DNA of 64,000 bases from NCBI GenBank assembly GCA_964534355.1, contig CAZHNZ010000001.1, positions 28,059 through 92,058 of the forward strand, written 5' to 3'. The stretch is from an uncultured Parabacteroides sp. GTDB taxonomy: Bacteria; Bacteroidota; Bacteroidia; Bacteroidales; UBA7332. Positions 30,356-42,384 of this stretch are shown piece after piece; the stretch's first letter is position 1, and the number at the start of each line of letters is the position of its first letter. A program made the translations under genes and the position numbers. Below the pieces are notes generated by a model. That model made no database searches and was not told the DNA's origin. It worked only from the letters and a program-made list of their open reading frames with translations.

Positions 30356-30472
30356 ATGAAAGTAAGAGCATCTTTAAAAAAGCGCACTCCGGATTGTAAA
30401 ATCGTGAGAAGAAATGGTCGCTTGTACGTAATTAACAAGAAAAACCCGAAGTTTAAACAACGTCAGGGATAA
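30356..30472 (+). CDS. rpmJ: 50S ribosomal protein L36, Zn-independent type (not in the ORF track)
   Basis: Manual translation [38 protein letters not shown]. Confidence 0.97.
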   Translation: MKVRASLKKRTPDCKIVRRNGRLYVINKKNPKFKQRQG

Positions 30473-30502
30473 TTTATTAATTTTGCAAAAATAATCAAGT
30501 AT

Positions 30503-30883
30503 ATGGCTATAAGAATAGTTGGGGTTGACTTGCCGCAAAATAAAAGAGCTGAAATTGCATTGACTTATATCTTCGGAATTGGTCGTAGTAGTTCATTGAG
30601 CATTCTTGAGAAGGCAGGAATCAACAAAGATACCAAAATTAAGGATTTGACAGATGCGCAAGCTGGTGCAATTCGTGAATTGATTGGTGCTGAGTATAAA
30701 GTAGAAGGTGATCTGCGTTCTGAGGTACAGCTTAATATCAAACGTTTGATGGATATTGGTTGTTATCGTGGTGTTCGTCATCGTATTGGTTTGCCATTGC
30801 GTGGACAAAGTACCAAGAACAATGCCCGTACACGTAAGGGTAAAAAGAAAACTGTTGCAAACAAGAAAAAAGCTACTAAATAA
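30503..30883 (+). CDS. rpsM: 30S ribosomal protein S13
   Basis: [14 protein letters not shown] and NARTRKG. Confidence 0.99.
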   Translation: MAIRIVGVDLPQNKRAEIALTYIFGIGRSSSLSILEKAGINKDTKIKDLTDAQAGAIRELIGAEYKVEGDLRSEVQLNIKRLMDIGCYRGVRHRIGLPLRGQSTKNNARTRKGKKKTVANKKKATK

Positions 30884-30891
30884 TAAGTGAT

Positions 30892-31281
30892 ATGGCAAAA
30901 AAAACAGTCGCAGCAAAGAAAAGAAATGTGAAAGTTGATGCCTATGGACAACTTCATGTTCATTCATCTTTCAACAACATTATCGTTTCGCTTGCAAACA
31001 GCGAAGGACAGGTGATTTCATGGTCTTCAGCCGGTAAAATGGGTTTCCGTGGATCAAAGAAAAATACTCCTTATGCAGCTCAAATGGCAGCTCAAGACTG
31101 CTCGAAAATTGCATTTGACCTTGGTTTGAGAAAAGTTAAGGCTTATGTAAAAGGACCAGGTAACGGACGTGAGTCTGCGATCAGAACTGTGCATGGTGCT
31201 GGAATTGAAGTAACTGAGATTATCGATGTTACACCACTTCCACACAACGGATGTCGTCCTCCTAAGAGAAGAAGAGTCTAA
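30892..31281 (+). CDS. rpsK: 30S ribosomal protein S11
   Basis: TPYAAQ and [13 protein letters not shown]. Confidence 0.99.
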   Translation: MAKKTVAAKKRNVKVDAYGQLHVHSSFNNIIVSLANSEGQVISWSSAGKMGFRGSKKNTPYAAQMAAQDCSKIAFDLGLRKVKAYVKGPGNGRESAIRTVHGAGIEVTEIIDVTPLPHNGCRPPKRRRV

Positions 31282-31386
31282 TAAAATCCGAAATCCTGAA
31301 TCCGTAATTAGTGAATTGATTGCACTAAGTCCTCTCTGCAATCGCGGCTGCACCAAGAAGGGTTCTATAAAACAAATAAATAAAAA
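31282..31386 (+). promoter_or_regulatory. Candidate S4 autoregulatory mRNA leader
   Basis: 105-nt spacer before rpsD with overlapping pairings ttagtg/cactaa and gattgca/tgcaatc. Confidence 0.45.
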
Positions 31387-31992
31387 ATGGCAAGATATAC
31401 AGGCCCCAGATCAAGAATTGCTCGTAAGTTTGGAGAAGCAATTTTCGGACCGGATAAAGTTCTTTCTAAGAAAAACTATCCTCCGGGACAACATGGAAAC
31501 GGTAGAAAGAAAAAAACGTCTGAGTACGGTATTCAGCTTCGTGAAAAACAAAAAGCTAAATATACCTATGGCGTTTTAGAGAAACAATTCCGTATTCTGT
31601 TTGAAAAAGCATCACGTACAAAAGGTATTAAAGGTGAAGTTTTGCTCCAACTTTTGGAAGCTCGTCTTGATAATGTTGTTTATCGTTTAGGATTGGCTCC
31701 TACCCGTGCTGCAGCTCGTCAATTAGTTTCACACAGACATATTTGTGTGAATGGTAAAGTTGTAAATATTCCTTCATACTCGATTAAAGCAGGACAGATT
31801 ATTTCTGTACGAGAAAAGTCGAAATCTTTGGAAGTGATCGTTGATGCTTTGAATGGTTTCAATCACAGTAAATATCCGTGGATGGAGTGGGATAAGTCAA
31901 CTATGGCTGGTAAGTTCCTTCATATGCCTGATAGAACTGATATTCCAGAAAATATCAAAGAACAACTGATCGTAGAATTGTATTCTAAATAA
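31387..31992 (+). CDS. rpsD: 30S ribosomal protein S4
   Basis: [20 protein letters not shown] and IVELYSK. Confidence 0.99.
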   Translation: MARYTGPRSRIARKFGEAIFGPDKVLSKKNYPPGQHGNGRKKKTSEYGIQLREKQKAKYTYGVLEKQFRILFEKASRTKGIKGEVLLQLLEARLDNVVYRLGLAPTRAAARQLVSHRHICVNGKVVNIPSYSIKAGQIISVREKSKSLEVIVDALNGFNHSKYPWMEWDKSTMAGKFLHMPDRTDIPENIKEQLIVELYSK

Positions 31993-32003
31993 TAAATAAA
32001 TTC

Positions 32004-32996
32004 ATGGCGATATTAGCATTTCAAAAACCCGATAAAGTAATAATGCTGGAAGCGGACAATAACTACGGTAAATTCGAGTTTCGTCCGTTGGAGCCTGGTT
32101 ACGGTATTACCATAGGTAATGCACTACGCCGAATACTCCTTTCTTCATTAGAAGGCTTTGCTATTACTTCAATTAAGATTGATGGCGTTGAGCATGAATT
32201 CTCAACAATTCCCGGAGTCATTGAAGATGTAACGAACATCATCTTAAATATAAAGAAAGTTCGTCTGAAGCAAGTCGTTGAGGAGATAGAATCCGAGAAG
32301 GTTGTTATTAATATTTCGGGAACAGAGGTGTTCAAGGCAGGGGATATTAGCAAACATTTATCTGGTTTTGAGGTGTTGAACCCGGAATTGGTTATTTGTA
32401 AGTTGAGTCCTTCAGCTAGTTTTACTATAGAGTTTACTATTAACAAAGGTCGTGGATATGTGCCCGCAGATGAGAATCGTACGGCAAATGATGAATTGAA
32501 TGTTATACCCATAGATTCAATTTATACACCAATACGCAATGTTAAGTATGCTGTGGAAAACTATCGTGTTGAACAAAAAACTGACTACGAGAAACTTGTA
32601 TTAGAGATAACTACTGATGGTTCTATACTTCCTAAAGAAGCTTTGAAGGAAGCTGCAAAGATATTGATTTATCACTTTATGCTTTTCAGTGATGAAAAGA
32701 TAACACTCGAAATGAGTGACACTGAGAGTGGTGAGGATTTTGACGAGGAAGTATTGCACATGAGACAACTTCTGAAGACGAAGTTGGTTGATATGGATCT
32801 TTCTGTACGTGCGTTGAATTGTTTAAAATCAGCTGATGTTGAGACATTGGGTGAATTAGTTCAATACAATAAAGCTGATTTACTGAAATTCAGAAATTTT
32901 GGCAAGAAATCACTGACAGAGTTGGATGAGTTATTGGCTAACTTGAATCTTTCATTTGGAATGGATATAGCAAAGTATAAATTAGACAAAGAGTAA
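32004..32996 (+). CDS. rpoA: RNA polymerase alpha subunit
   Basis: [20 protein letters not shown] and NFGKKS. Confidence 0.99.
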   Translation: MAILAFQKPDKVIMLEADNNYGKFEFRPLEPGYGITIGNALRRILLSSLEGFAITSIKIDGVEHEFSTIPGVIEDVTNIILNIKKVRLKQVVEEIESEKVVINISGTEVFKAGDISKHLSGFEVLNPELVICKLSPSASFTIEFTINKGRGYVPADENRTANDELNVIPIDSIYTPIRNVKYAVENYRVEQKTDYEKLVLEITTDGSILPKEALKEAAKILIYHFMLFSDEKITLEMSDTESGEDFDEEVLHMRQLLKTKLVDMDLSVRALNCLKSADVETLGELVQYNKADLLKFRNFGKKSLTELDELLANLNLSFGMDIAKYKLDKE

Positions 32997-33000
32997 AGCA

Positions 33001-33468
33001 ATGAGACACAATAAGAAATTCAATCATTTGGGTCGTACTCATTCTCACAGAGAAGCCATGCTTGCTAATATGGCATCGTCATTGATTAAGCATAAGCGTA
33101 TTTTTACGACTGTTGCTAAGGCAAAAGCGCTGAGAGTATATGTTGAGCCCATCATAACAAAGTCAAAAGAAGATACAACTCATTCGAGACGTATCGTTTT
33201 CGGATATTTGCAGGATAAATATGCTGTAACTGAATTATTTCAGGATATTGCTTCTAAAATTGCAGATCGTCCGGGTGGTTATACCCGTATCCTGAAAACA
33301 GGAACACGTTTAGGTGATAATGCATCTATGTGTTTTATCGAATTAGTTGATTACAACGAAAACATGTTGAAAGAAAAATCAGTTAAGAAAAGTAAAACCC
33401 GTCGTTCTTCAAAGAAAAAAGATGAGGGTGTTTCTGCTGATTCTACTACAGAAACAGTGGCCGAATAA
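33001..33468 (+). CDS. rplQ: 50S ribosomal protein L17
   Basis: MRHNKK and RPGGYTRI. Confidence 0.99.
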   Translation: MRHNKKFNHLGRTHSHREAMLANMASSLIKHKRIFTTVAKAKALRVYVEPIITKSKEDTTHSRRIVFGYLQDKYAVTELFQDIASKIADRPGGYTRILKTGTRLGDNASMCFIELVDYNENMLKEKSVKKSKTRRSSKKKDEGVSADSTTETVAE

Positions 33469-33487
33469 TTGTAATCTGGCAGATAAT

Positions 33488-33526
33488 AAAAAAGAGATTG
33501 CCCATATCATGGGTAATCTCTTTTTT
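33488..33526 (+). terminator. Terminator of the ribosomal superoperon
   Basis: aaaaaagagattgcccat-atc-atgggtaatctctttttt. Confidence 0.92.
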
Positions 33527-33600
33527 GTTTTATACCTTATTTTTGGTAGTTTCTAAATTTTAGAGTAATTTTGCGTTCAAATTATTAAAACCTTATTTCT

Positions 33601-34263
33601 ATGAGAATAAGAATCCACAGAGAAGGCTGGGATTTGTTGGTATTATCCCTGCTATTTCTTTTGGCATTAGATTTGCTTCTTTGGTTTAAAACCCCGCCAT
33701 TTGTCTTTTATTCAGTTTTTCTTGTTACATCTGTTGTCTATTTATTGTTGGTTAATTTTTTTCGTTGTCCAAGACGAATTTATTCCGGTGAAACAAAAGA
33801 TATTGTTGTAGCACCCGCAGATGGAAGAGTTGTTGTAATCGAAGAGGTTATTGAAAATGAATATTTTCATGATAAGAGATTGCAAGTCTCTATTTTTATG
33901 ACACCATTTAATGTGCATGCAAATTGGTATCCTATCAATGGGAAGGTTAAGTTTGTTACGCATCATGAAGGTCGTTTTATGGGTGCTTATTTACCCAAAT
34001 CAAGTACAGAGAATGAGCGTTCGACTATTGTAATTGAGTCAGAGACCGGTGTTGAGATTTTGGTACGTCAGGTTGCAGGTGCAATGGCACGTCGCATTGT
34101 GACCTATTCTGATATAAATGATGAGTGTAAGATAAATGAGTTTTTTGGATTCATTAAATTTGGCTCGAGGATTGATTTGTATCTGCCGTTAGACACGGAA
34201 GTATTGGTTGATTTGGATATGCCGGTAGTGGGTAATTTGACACAAATAGCCAGGTTTAAGTGA
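33601..34263 (+). CDS. psd: Phosphatidylserine decarboxylase proenzyme
   Basis: APADG, SIFM, ENER and the IKFGSR cleavage motif. Confidence 0.93.
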   Translation: MRIRIHREGWDLLVLSLLFLLALDLLLWFKTPPFVFYSVFLVTSVVYLLLVNFFRCPRRIYSGETKDIVVAPADGRVVVIEEVIENEYFHDKRLQVSIFMTPFNVHANWYPINGKVKFVTHHEGRFMGAYLPKSSTENERSTIVIESETGVEILVRQVAGAMARRIVTYSDINDECKINEFFGFIKFGSRIDLYLPLDTEVLVDLDMPVVGNLTQIARFK

Positions 34264-34964
34264 ATCAGATAAAAAAGTACGTTCCCAACGCAATCACCTG
34301 TCTCAATCTTTTGGCAGGAAGTATTGCTGCTGTATCCGCGATAGAGGGACTTTTATTGCAGGCTTGTTGGTTTATACTGGTAGCTGCTGTTTTCGATTTT
34401 CTGGATGGATTTGCAGCACGGGGATTGGGTGCTTATTCATTGATTGGTAAAGAGCTTGACTCTTTGGCTGATGTGGTTAGTTTTGGATTTGCACCATCAT
34501 GTCTTGTCTTTACAATGCTGCGGGGGCGATTGTTAACAGAATCTGTATCGAATGTCGGGTGGTTACCTTATATCGCTTTTCTTGTAGTTGTATTTTCTGC
34601 TTTACGTTTAGCAAAGTTTAATATAGATGACAGGCAGACGACCTCTTTTGTTGGTTTGCCAACACCTGCGAATGCCCTTTTTTGGGTTGGGGTTGCTTCA
34701 AATCAGTTTTCTGTGAATGGATTCGAATTGTCATTATTCGTTTTAGTGTGTCTTACTCTTCTCTTTTCGGCTCTATTGGTTGTTGAATTACCTATGTTTT
34801 CATTGAAGGTAAAGGGTTTTTCATTCAGATTAATCTACAAGCAGCTTTTTTTGTTGTTTTCCGGTATTGTGTTTCTTTATTTGTTTGGCTTATTTGGATT
34901 GTCGATGACTATATTGCTGTATGTGATTAGTTCTTTGTTTGTGAAGTGGTTTAAACTTGATTAA
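34260..34964 (+). CDS. pssA: CDP-diacylglycerol--serine O-phosphatidyltransferase
   Basis: DFLDGFAAR...G..LDSLAD CDP-alcohol phosphotransferase motif and RLAKFN; overlaps psd. Confidence 0.92.
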   Translation: MNQIKKYVPNAITCLNLLAGSIAAVSAIEGLLLQACWFILVAAVFDFLDGFAARGLGAYSLIGKELDSLADVVSFGFAPSCLVFTMLRGRLLTESVSNVGWLPYIAFLVVVFSALRLAKFNIDDRQTTSFVGLPTPANALFWVGVASNQFSVNGFELSLFVLVCLTLLFSALLVVELPMFSLKVKGFSFRLIYKQLFLLFSGIVFLYLFGLFGLSMTILLYVISSLFVKWFKLD

Positions 34965-35006
34965 AACGTAGCGCTACGGAATCTGTGCGTGTAATAGGTA
35001 AAGGTT

Positions 35007-35246
35007 ATGTTTTATTTGTTTATATTTATTCTGATTATTATTTTGTTCCCTATTCTTGTGATTGGGGCTAAAATTCTACATTTATTCTTCCGTATTTTAT
35101 CACCCTTTCGAAAAATGTACAAACAAGCAAAACGGGAAGAACGGGAATCTCAATCTTCCGATTCTGATACTACTAAAACAGAACGTAAGAAGATTTTTTC
35201 TTCGAATGAAGGAGAGTATGTGGATTTCGAAGAGGTAGGACAGTAG
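35007..35246 (+). CDS. Small membrane protein, DUF4834-like
   Basis: N-terminal transmembrane helix; C-terminal GEYVDFEEV; follows pssA. Confidence 0.75.
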   Translation: MFYLFIFILIIILFPILVIGAKILHLFFRILSPFRKMYKQAKREERESQSSDSDTTKTERKKIFSSNEGEYVDFEEVGQ

Positions 35247-35252
35247 GTCGTT

Positions 35253-35687
35253 TTATCTTTTTTTGCGAAAGAAGGAGCGTAACAGTTCAGAGCATTCGTC
35301 TTCAAGAATTCCTTTGCTGATTTTTGTTTTAGGGTGTAGTATGTTTTGATTGAGTGAAGAATACCCTTTTTTAGGGTCGGATGCCGCAAATACGATTCTT
35401 GATATTTGAGACCAATGTAAAGCGCCGGCACACATGATGCACGGTTCCAGAGTAACGTAGAGTGTGCAGTCGGTCAGGTATTTCCCCCCTAATACATTTG
35501 CAGCAGCTGTAATGGCCTGCATTTCGGCATGCGCTGTGACGTCGGATAGTGTTTCTGTCAGATTGTGAGCTTTTGAGATGATTCTGTTTTGACAAACTAC
35601 GACAGCACCTACCGGGATTTCATCTTTATAGAATGCTTTTTGGGCTTCGGATAAAGCCTGTTTCATGAAATATTCGTCTGTGAACAT
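35253..35687 (-). CDS. tadA: tRNA adenosine deaminase / nucleoside deaminase
   Basis: EIPVGA, AHAE and TLEPCIMC motifs. Confidence 0.9.
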   Translation of the reverse strand: MFTDEYFMKQALSEAQKAFYKDEIPVGAVVVCQNRIISKAHNLTETLSDVTAHAEMQAITAAANVLGGKYLTDCTLYVTLEPCIMCAGALHWSQISRIVFAASDPKKGYSSLNQNILHPKTKISKGILEDECSELLRSFFRKKR

Positions 35688-35715
35688 CTTGGTTTGAAGG
35701 GGATAAGCGGTTGTT

Positions 35716-35949
35716 TTATTTCAGAATATCTGATTCATTGAAAAGGGTAGGGTATTCCAAATCTGCTTTTTTCCAAAGATAACTCATTATCTGTTCCCGG
35801 GTCCAGGCCGATTGATTATTTATTTTATGCTTGGTCAGGTAGGATCGCAGCATATTGTACTCTTTTTCGTTGAGTGTAAAAGAGATTTTATATTCGCGTT
35901 TCAGGGATTGAGCCTTTGCTTTTTGGGTGCTGATTTTGCTTTTTGTCAT
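35716..35949 (-). CDS. Small basic hypothetical protein, possibly ribbon-helix-helix
   Basis: 77 aa from the ATG at 35949; KISFTLNEKE strand-helix pattern; ends YPTLF; promoter element directly upstream. Confidence 0.65.
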   Translation of the reverse strand: MTKSKISTQKAKAQSLKREYKISFTLNEKEYNMLRSYLTKHKINNQSAWTREQIMSYLWKKADLEYPTLFNESDILK

Positions 35950-36058
35950 CGGTTGCAAACATACTACAAATTCATATAAAATACAAGTTTTGGTTAAAAA
36001 CAATAATCGATTTTGGCTGATTTCGTTTTTTTTGCTCAATCCGCCGATCAATTGATAG

Positions 36059-37177
<1,119 letters not shown>

Positions 37178-37197
37178 CAGACCAATACAATAAATAT

Positions 37198-37232
37198 AAA
37201 GGCTGTTTCGGGTTTCCGGAACAGCCTTTTTT
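37198..37232 (+). terminator. Intrinsic terminator, likely bidirectional
   Basis: aaaggctgtttcgg-gttt-ccggaacagcctttttt. Confidence 0.88.
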
Positions 37233-37269
37233 GTTTTGCTTTTTGAGAAGAAATATATTTGCGCGTTTT

Positions 37270-37953
37270 TTATTCTTCTTTTGCAGAATTAATAATGTTG
37301 GGGGATAGATTTTGAGGTCGTGCAGTTACATGAAAGCAGCCCTGTTTAACTTCGTATTTGACGTAACATTTTTTGTTGTTTTTGAGGTCTCGCAGCACTT
37401 CTGCCAATACGACTTTTAGTTTTTCTTCTGCGATAGAAATGTCTGACGTATCGACCGGAATAAAGCGTGTGTATGCAATATCGAAAGTGGTTCCGTAAAG
37501 GTGAGCTGAGTTTGTTTGCGAATTGCCGTTGCGTTTACGAAGTCCTTTTATGTCTTCTTGTGTGCGTAGAACGCTGGTTATAATCAGTTTGTATAAAGGT
37601 GCGCCGAGGCTAATGAGTGAGTCCTGAAAAATTATACCAATTGAGTCAAGTTGAAGAGCGGCTGGTTTGACCAGGAATGGAAGTGAGTGTTTTAAGTCAT
37701 CGATTACGTAATAGTCATTATCTTTTATTTCTACCAGCTTTTCTTTGTTATTTTCTGCGTCTTTTCTTGAGCTAATTGGTTTAATGCCGATAGCCTCAGC
37801 TGCTAAAAGATGTTCTTCGTTCATATTATTGAAAGTTTTGTAATATTTGGGGAATGGTCTAAGTTTAAAGTCGTGAGTTTCCCTTTTTTTTTCTTTACAA
37901 GAAATTGTTGTGAGAATAATAATGATGGAGAATACGCTTAATAATGTCTTCAT
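37270..37953 (-). CDS. Lipoprotein, DUF5715-like with Zn D-Ala-D-Ala peptidase-type motifs
   Basis: Lipobox TISC; ITSVLR...SAHLYGTTFDI...CFHVT. Confidence 0.7.
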   Translation of the reverse strand: MKTLLSVFSIIIILTTISCKEKKRETHDFKLRPFPKYYKTFNNMNEEHLLAAEAIGIKPISSRKDAENNKEKLVEIKDNDYYVIDDLKHSLPFLVKPAALQLDSIGIIFQDSLISLGAPLYKLIITSVLRTQEDIKGLRKRNGNSQTNSAHLYGTTFDIAYTRFIPVDTSDISIAEEKLKVVLAEVLRDLKNNKKCYVKYEVKQGCFHVTARPQNLSPNIINSAKEE

Positions 37954-38072
37954 ATGGTTATTGATTTATATTGAGATTCGAAAATAGTAAAAAAATCTGA
38001 TAAAACAGAACAGTTTGCTTATATTTGTGCTCAAATTGAGAAGTTTATATGAGACATTTTATAAATTAGCCT

Positions 38073-39032
38073 ATGATTGAAAGAATAATCCTGTTTGAGC
38101 AAGCAGATTTGTCTGTATTTTATGGAGTCAATAACTGTAATATTCAGTTATTGAAAACATTATATCCAAAGTTGAGAATTGCCTCGAGAGGTAGTGTGAT
38201 GAAAATAATGGGGGAGGAGCAGGATGCAGATCAGTTTGAGAAAATTATTCGTCAGTTAGAGAGCTATTGTGTTGAATACAATGTGTTGAATGAAGATATA
38301 ATACTGTCAATAATAAAAGGCAGTCAGCCGCTGGAGATTAAACAATCAAATTTGATTATTCACGGTGTAGGTGGGAAGTCAATTTATCCGAGAAGCGATA
38401 ATCAGAAGAAACTGGTTTCGGAATTTGAAAAAAATGATATGGTGTTTGCATTGGGCCCAGCCGGTTCCGGAAAGACATATATCGCTATTGCTTTGGCCGT
38501 TCGGGCCTTGAAGAATAAAGAGGTAAAAAAGATTATACTTAGTCGACCAGCTGTGGAAGCAGGTGAAAAACTTGGTTTTTTGCCGGGAGATATGAAAGAT
38601 AAGATAGATCCGTATCTTCAGCCCCTATATGATGCACTCCAGGATATGCTGCCGGCAGTTAAGCTTAAAGAATATTTGGATGGGAATGTTATTCAGATTG
38701 CCCCGTTGGCATTCATGCGTGGGCGAACGTTAAGCGATGCTGTAGTGATATTGGATGAGGCACAAAATACGTCGACGCAGCAGATAAAGATGTTTTTGAC
38801 CCGGCTCGGGATGAATGCAAAAATGATAATAACCGGTGATATTACGCAAATAGATTTGCCCCCTTCTCAAAAATCAGGAATGGTGCAGGCATTGCAGATT
38901 TTGCGAGGCGTGCCGGGCATCGGAAAGGTAGAGTTTAGTAAATCAGATATTGTTCGTCATAAGTTAGTGATGCGAATAGTGGAGGCGTATGATAAGTTTG
39001 ATTTGAAAAGAAATGCAGATACGGATAATTGA
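38073..39032 (+). CDS. phoH: PhoH family ATPase
   Basis: GPAGSGKT, LGFLPGD, FMRGRT and DEAQN. Confidence 0.95.
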   Translation: MIERIILFEQADLSVFYGVNNCNIQLLKTLYPKLRIASRGSVMKIMGEEQDADQFEKIIRQLESYCVEYNVLNEDIILSIIKGSQPLEIKQSNLIIHGVGGKSIYPRSDNQKKLVSEFEKNDMVFALGPAGSGKTYIAIALAVRALKNKEVKKIILSRPAVEAGEKLGFLPGDMKDKIDPYLQPLYDALQDMLPAVKLKEYLDGNVIQIAPLAFMRGRTLSDAVVILDEAQNTSTQQIKMFLTRLGMNAKMIITGDITQIDLPPSQKSGMVQALQILRGVPGIGKVEFSKSDIVRHKLVMRIVEAYDKFDLKRNADTDN

Positions 39033-39134
39033 AAGAGAAATTCATTATGCACAATACATATGACATTGTATTATTTGTTACTCTGCGGTGAAATAAGAGA
39101 TGGAAGATTCTGAATGTAAGAATCTTCCATCTCT

Positions 39135-40166
39135 TTATAATTTTTTGTTGATCGAAGATTTACGAACATGTAGATGGGCTGTTAATGAAGTTGTGCCAAA
39201 GTCAATGCTTTTTTGTTCATTTGTGCGTTCTATTTGTTCGAGCAGAATATTAGCGGCAGTTTCGCCCATTTTGAAAGTCGGCTGTTCGACGCTGGTTAGT
39301 GGCGGTTCGACCAGTTGAGCCATCTCTGTTTCGGAGAACCCAACCAATGCAACGGTATCAGGGCAGCCAATATTTGATTCTTTCAGAGCTTTGAGTGCGC
39401 CAAAAGCGACGGGATCGTTGAAACAGAATATGGCATTCGGAAGATTAGATTCGTCAATCAGCTTTTTCATAGCGACATAACCCTGCTCGCTCATAATACC
39501 TGTGTAGATAATTGAATCTTTTGTGATTGAGCGGTGATGTTTTTTCATTGCATCCTCGAATCCTTTTTTTCGTTCCTGAGTTATCTTGAGCGATGGTGGT
39601 CCTGCAAAATGGATTATTTTTTCAAATTTATTGTATATTAAATGCTCTGTGGCAAAGAATGCCATTTTGTAATTGTCTATAACAACTTTTGACGCCAGCT
39701 CAGTAGAACTAACTCTGTTGAAAAAGACAATTGGAATGCCACTATTAATTATTCTGTTATAGAGATTGACATTGTCAGATTCCTGATTGATGGACACCAG
39801 TATACCTTCTACCATGTTTCCTTCGAATAGCTTCAGGATTTTCTCTTCGTTAATTAAAGATTCGTTAGACTGAGCTATGAGCAGTTGGAATCCGGCTTCA
39901 TCCAGAATATTTTGTATTCCCAGAATTATATTGGGGAAGAAAGAGCTTTTAAATTCGGGAACAACTACACCAATTGTTTTGGTTCTTTTGTTTTGCAAGC
40001 GTGTCGCTATAGGGTTGGGTTTGTAGTTCTGTCTTTCGGCTTCCTCTTTGACCATTTTTTTTGTGGATGGATTAACATCCCATCTGTCAGCCAATGCACG
40101 GGAAACTGTTGCTACAGAAATATTGAGAGCTTTTGCTATGTCTTTAATTGTAGCGTATTTTTTCAT
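39135..40166 (-). CDS. LacI family transcriptional regulator
   Basis: TIKDIAKALNISVATVSRAL HTH, YKPN and PPLTSV; divergent from the PUL; -7 element TATCTTTG at 40242-40249 (minus). Confidence 0.96.
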   Translation of the reverse strand: MKKYATIKDIAKALNISVATVSRALADRWDVNPSTKKMVKEEAERQNYKPNPIATRLQNKRTKTIGVVVPEFKSSFFPNIILGIQNILDEAGFQLLIAQSNESLINEEKILKLFEGNMVEGILVSINQESDNVNLYNRIINSGIPIVFFNRVSSTELASKVVIDNYKMAFFATEHLIYNKFEKIIHFAGPPSLKITQERKKGFEDAMKKHHRSITKDSIIYTGIMSEQGYVAMKKLIDESNLPNAIFCFNDPVAFGALKALKESNIGCPDTVALVGFSETEMAQLVEPPLTSVEQPTFKMGETAANILLEQIERTNEQKSIDFGTTSLTAHLHVRKSSINKKL

Positions 40167-40336
40167 GATGTTTTGAATATTGAAGAGCGTGTAATAGTCA
40201 AATATTTCTTGTCTAAATCATTTGGTTGATAAAATAACATCCAAAGATAATGATAATACTTCTTTTTTTGATTTTAAGATTGAATTTTTGATTCTCAAAT
40301 GTATTAAAAAAGCAAAAAAAACGCATGAGAAGTCTA

Positions 40337-40380
40337 TGTAAACGTTTACGACGATTTTTTTTGCAATGTAAACGTTTACA
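40337..40380. promoter_or_regulatory. LacI operator pair 1
   Basis: TGTAAACGTTTACG (40337-40350) and TGTAAACGTTTACA (40367-40380); -7 element TATATTTG at 40427-40434. Confidence 0.88.
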
Positions 40381-40668
40381 TTCCTATTTTTTTTGAGGCT
40401 GTCAAACAGATGAGACCTGAGTTTAATATATTTGTATCAAAATAGATCTAAATCAATAATTATCTTCAATTTACCTGATTTTAAAGAGTACCATGATGGA
40501 AAACCTGAGATTAAAAGCGGGCTAAGAAAATGACTATGAAAAACTGTCCCCTAAAATGAGAAGAATACACAAAACAGCTATTCCGTTGCGAGATTGATGT
40601 GAATAGGAGAAATCTAACTGAAAGTAATAATCAATTTATAGAATTTAATCAATCAAATAATTTTAATT

Positions 40669-42372
40669 ATGGGTTTAATAGATACAATGGTAATTGTAGC
40701 CTTTTCGTTGATGACTCTTCTGATTGGCTTGTCCTTTTCGAAGAAAGCTGGTGGAGATATGCTTTCGTTTTTTGCAGCAGGTGGTGCTGTGCCGTGGTGG
40801 ATTAACAGTTTGTCTCTTTTTATGGGATTTGTGTCAGCCAGCACATTTGTGGTTTGGGGTTCAATTGCCTATTCTTCGGGTTGGGTAGCGATTACGATTC
40901 AGTGGGCAATGTCTGTAGCCGGTTTGCTGACAGGTTTGTTTATTGCGCCAAAGTGGCATAAGACAAAGGCGTTGACAGCAGCAGAGTATATTTATCACCG
41001 ATTGGGTGCAAGAACACAAAAGACATATTCTTATATCTATTTAGGTATAATGGTGTTTTTGAAAGGTGTTTGTTTGTATGCAGTGGCCATTGTATTACAG
41101 GTTACCACGGGTATATCGTTGTATTTATGGGTAGGCTTGCTGGGTGCAATTATTATTTTCTATACTACTTTTGGTGGATTGTGGGCAGTGGTTGTTACAG
41201 ATGTTTTGCAGTTCATCATTTTGATTGCAGCCGGATTGATATTGTTACCACTCTCTTTTGACAAAGTTGGTGGAATTGATGGTTTTGTAAATTCGATAAA
41301 TGCTCAGGGTTTAACTGAGTTTTTCAATCTGAGTGATCAGAAATATACGGTAAGTTTTCTTTTAGGATTTTTGTTTTATAACCTCTTTTATTTGGGTGGA
41401 CAGTGGAGTTTTATTCAACGTTATACCAGTGTTTCAACACCAAAAGAAGCTCGTAAGGTACCAATTTTGTTTGGTTTCTTCTACATTTTTACTCCTGTTA
41501 TCTGGATGTTGCCTCCAATGATTTACAGAGCAGTTAAGCCAATTTCGGCCTCTATAGATCCGGCTGCATTGAAATTGTTGAGTGAGCAAGCCTATATGGA
41601 GATGTGTCAGATGGTATTGCCCGCCGGCATGTTGGGCCTAATAACCATCAGTTTGATATTTGCTACGAACAGCTCCGTACAGGGCTTTTTGAATATTTCA
41701 GCCGGAGTAATAACAAATGACCTTTTTAAGGCCATCTATCCTCAATCGACCGATAAAGCTCTGATACGTGTTGCCCGGTTTGCCACCTTGTTTGTGGGTA
41801 TAGTTGTGATTGTGATGGGAATGCTGGTTCCGCTAATGGGAGGTGCTACCAATGTGATTATTAAAGTAGCTTCGATAACGGGTGGTGCGATGTATTTCCC
41901 GTTAATATGGACCTTGTTTTCGAAAAGACAGAATAGCTATACCGTGTTGGGAAGTACCATCGCATCTTTGGTGATTTCTTTGAGTTATAACTTTGTTCTT
42001 CCTTATGTGATAGATCTACAAGTTTCAACAGCTGCAAGTATGGTGGCAGGATGTTTGATTCCCGTATTAATTATTGCGACGCTTGAACTTTGGCTTATGT
42101 TTAAGAATACAACTTCGGGTGAATACGAAAGATATCAGGTATATATGGCAGGTAAGAGCGATGCCGAGTCTGTAGCACCGGATACTTCTGCACAATCGGA
42201 ATCTGAAAATCAGTTTGGAAAACGTATGATTGGTATTGGTATATTGGTAACCGGATCTATTATCGGAGTATTAGGTATAATATCACCTGCGGGTAGGGTG
42301 TATGTATTTATAACATCAGTTGTTTTATTAGCAATTGGTTTGAAATTATTTATGAGTAGTCTTAAAAAATAA
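40669..42372 (+). CDS. Sodium:solute symporter (SSS) family sugar transporter
   Basis: FFAAGGAVPWW, GGLWAVVVTDVLQF and IQRY motifs; many transmembrane segments. Confidence 0.92.
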   Translation: MGLIDTMVIVAFSLMTLLIGLSFSKKAGGDMLSFFAAGGAVPWWINSLSLFMGFVSASTFVVWGSIAYSSGWVAITIQWAMSVAGLLTGLFIAPKWHKTKALTAAEYIYHRLGARTQKTYSYIYLGIMVFLKGVCLYAVAIVLQVTTGISLYLWVGLLGAIIIFYTTFGGLWAVVVTDVLQFIILIAAGLILLPLSFDKVGGIDGFVNSINAQGLTEFFNLSDQKYTVSFLLGFLFYNLFYLGGQWSFIQRYTSVSTPKEARKVPILFGFFYIFTPVIWMLPPMIYRAVKPISASIDPAALKLLSEQAYMEMCQMVLPAGMLGLITISLIFATNSSVQGFLNISAGVITNDLFKAIYPQSTDKALIRVARFATLFVGIVVIVMGMLVPLMGGATNVIIKVASITGGAMYFPLIWTLFSKRQNSYTVLGSTIASLVISLSYNFVLPYVIDLQVSTAASMVAGCLIPVLIIATLELWLMFKNTTSGEYERYQVYMAGKSDAESVAPDTSAQSESENQFGKRMIGIGILVTGSIIGVLGIISPAGRVYVFITSVVLLAIGLKLFMSSLKK

Positions 42373-42384
42373 TAATACAGAGAT

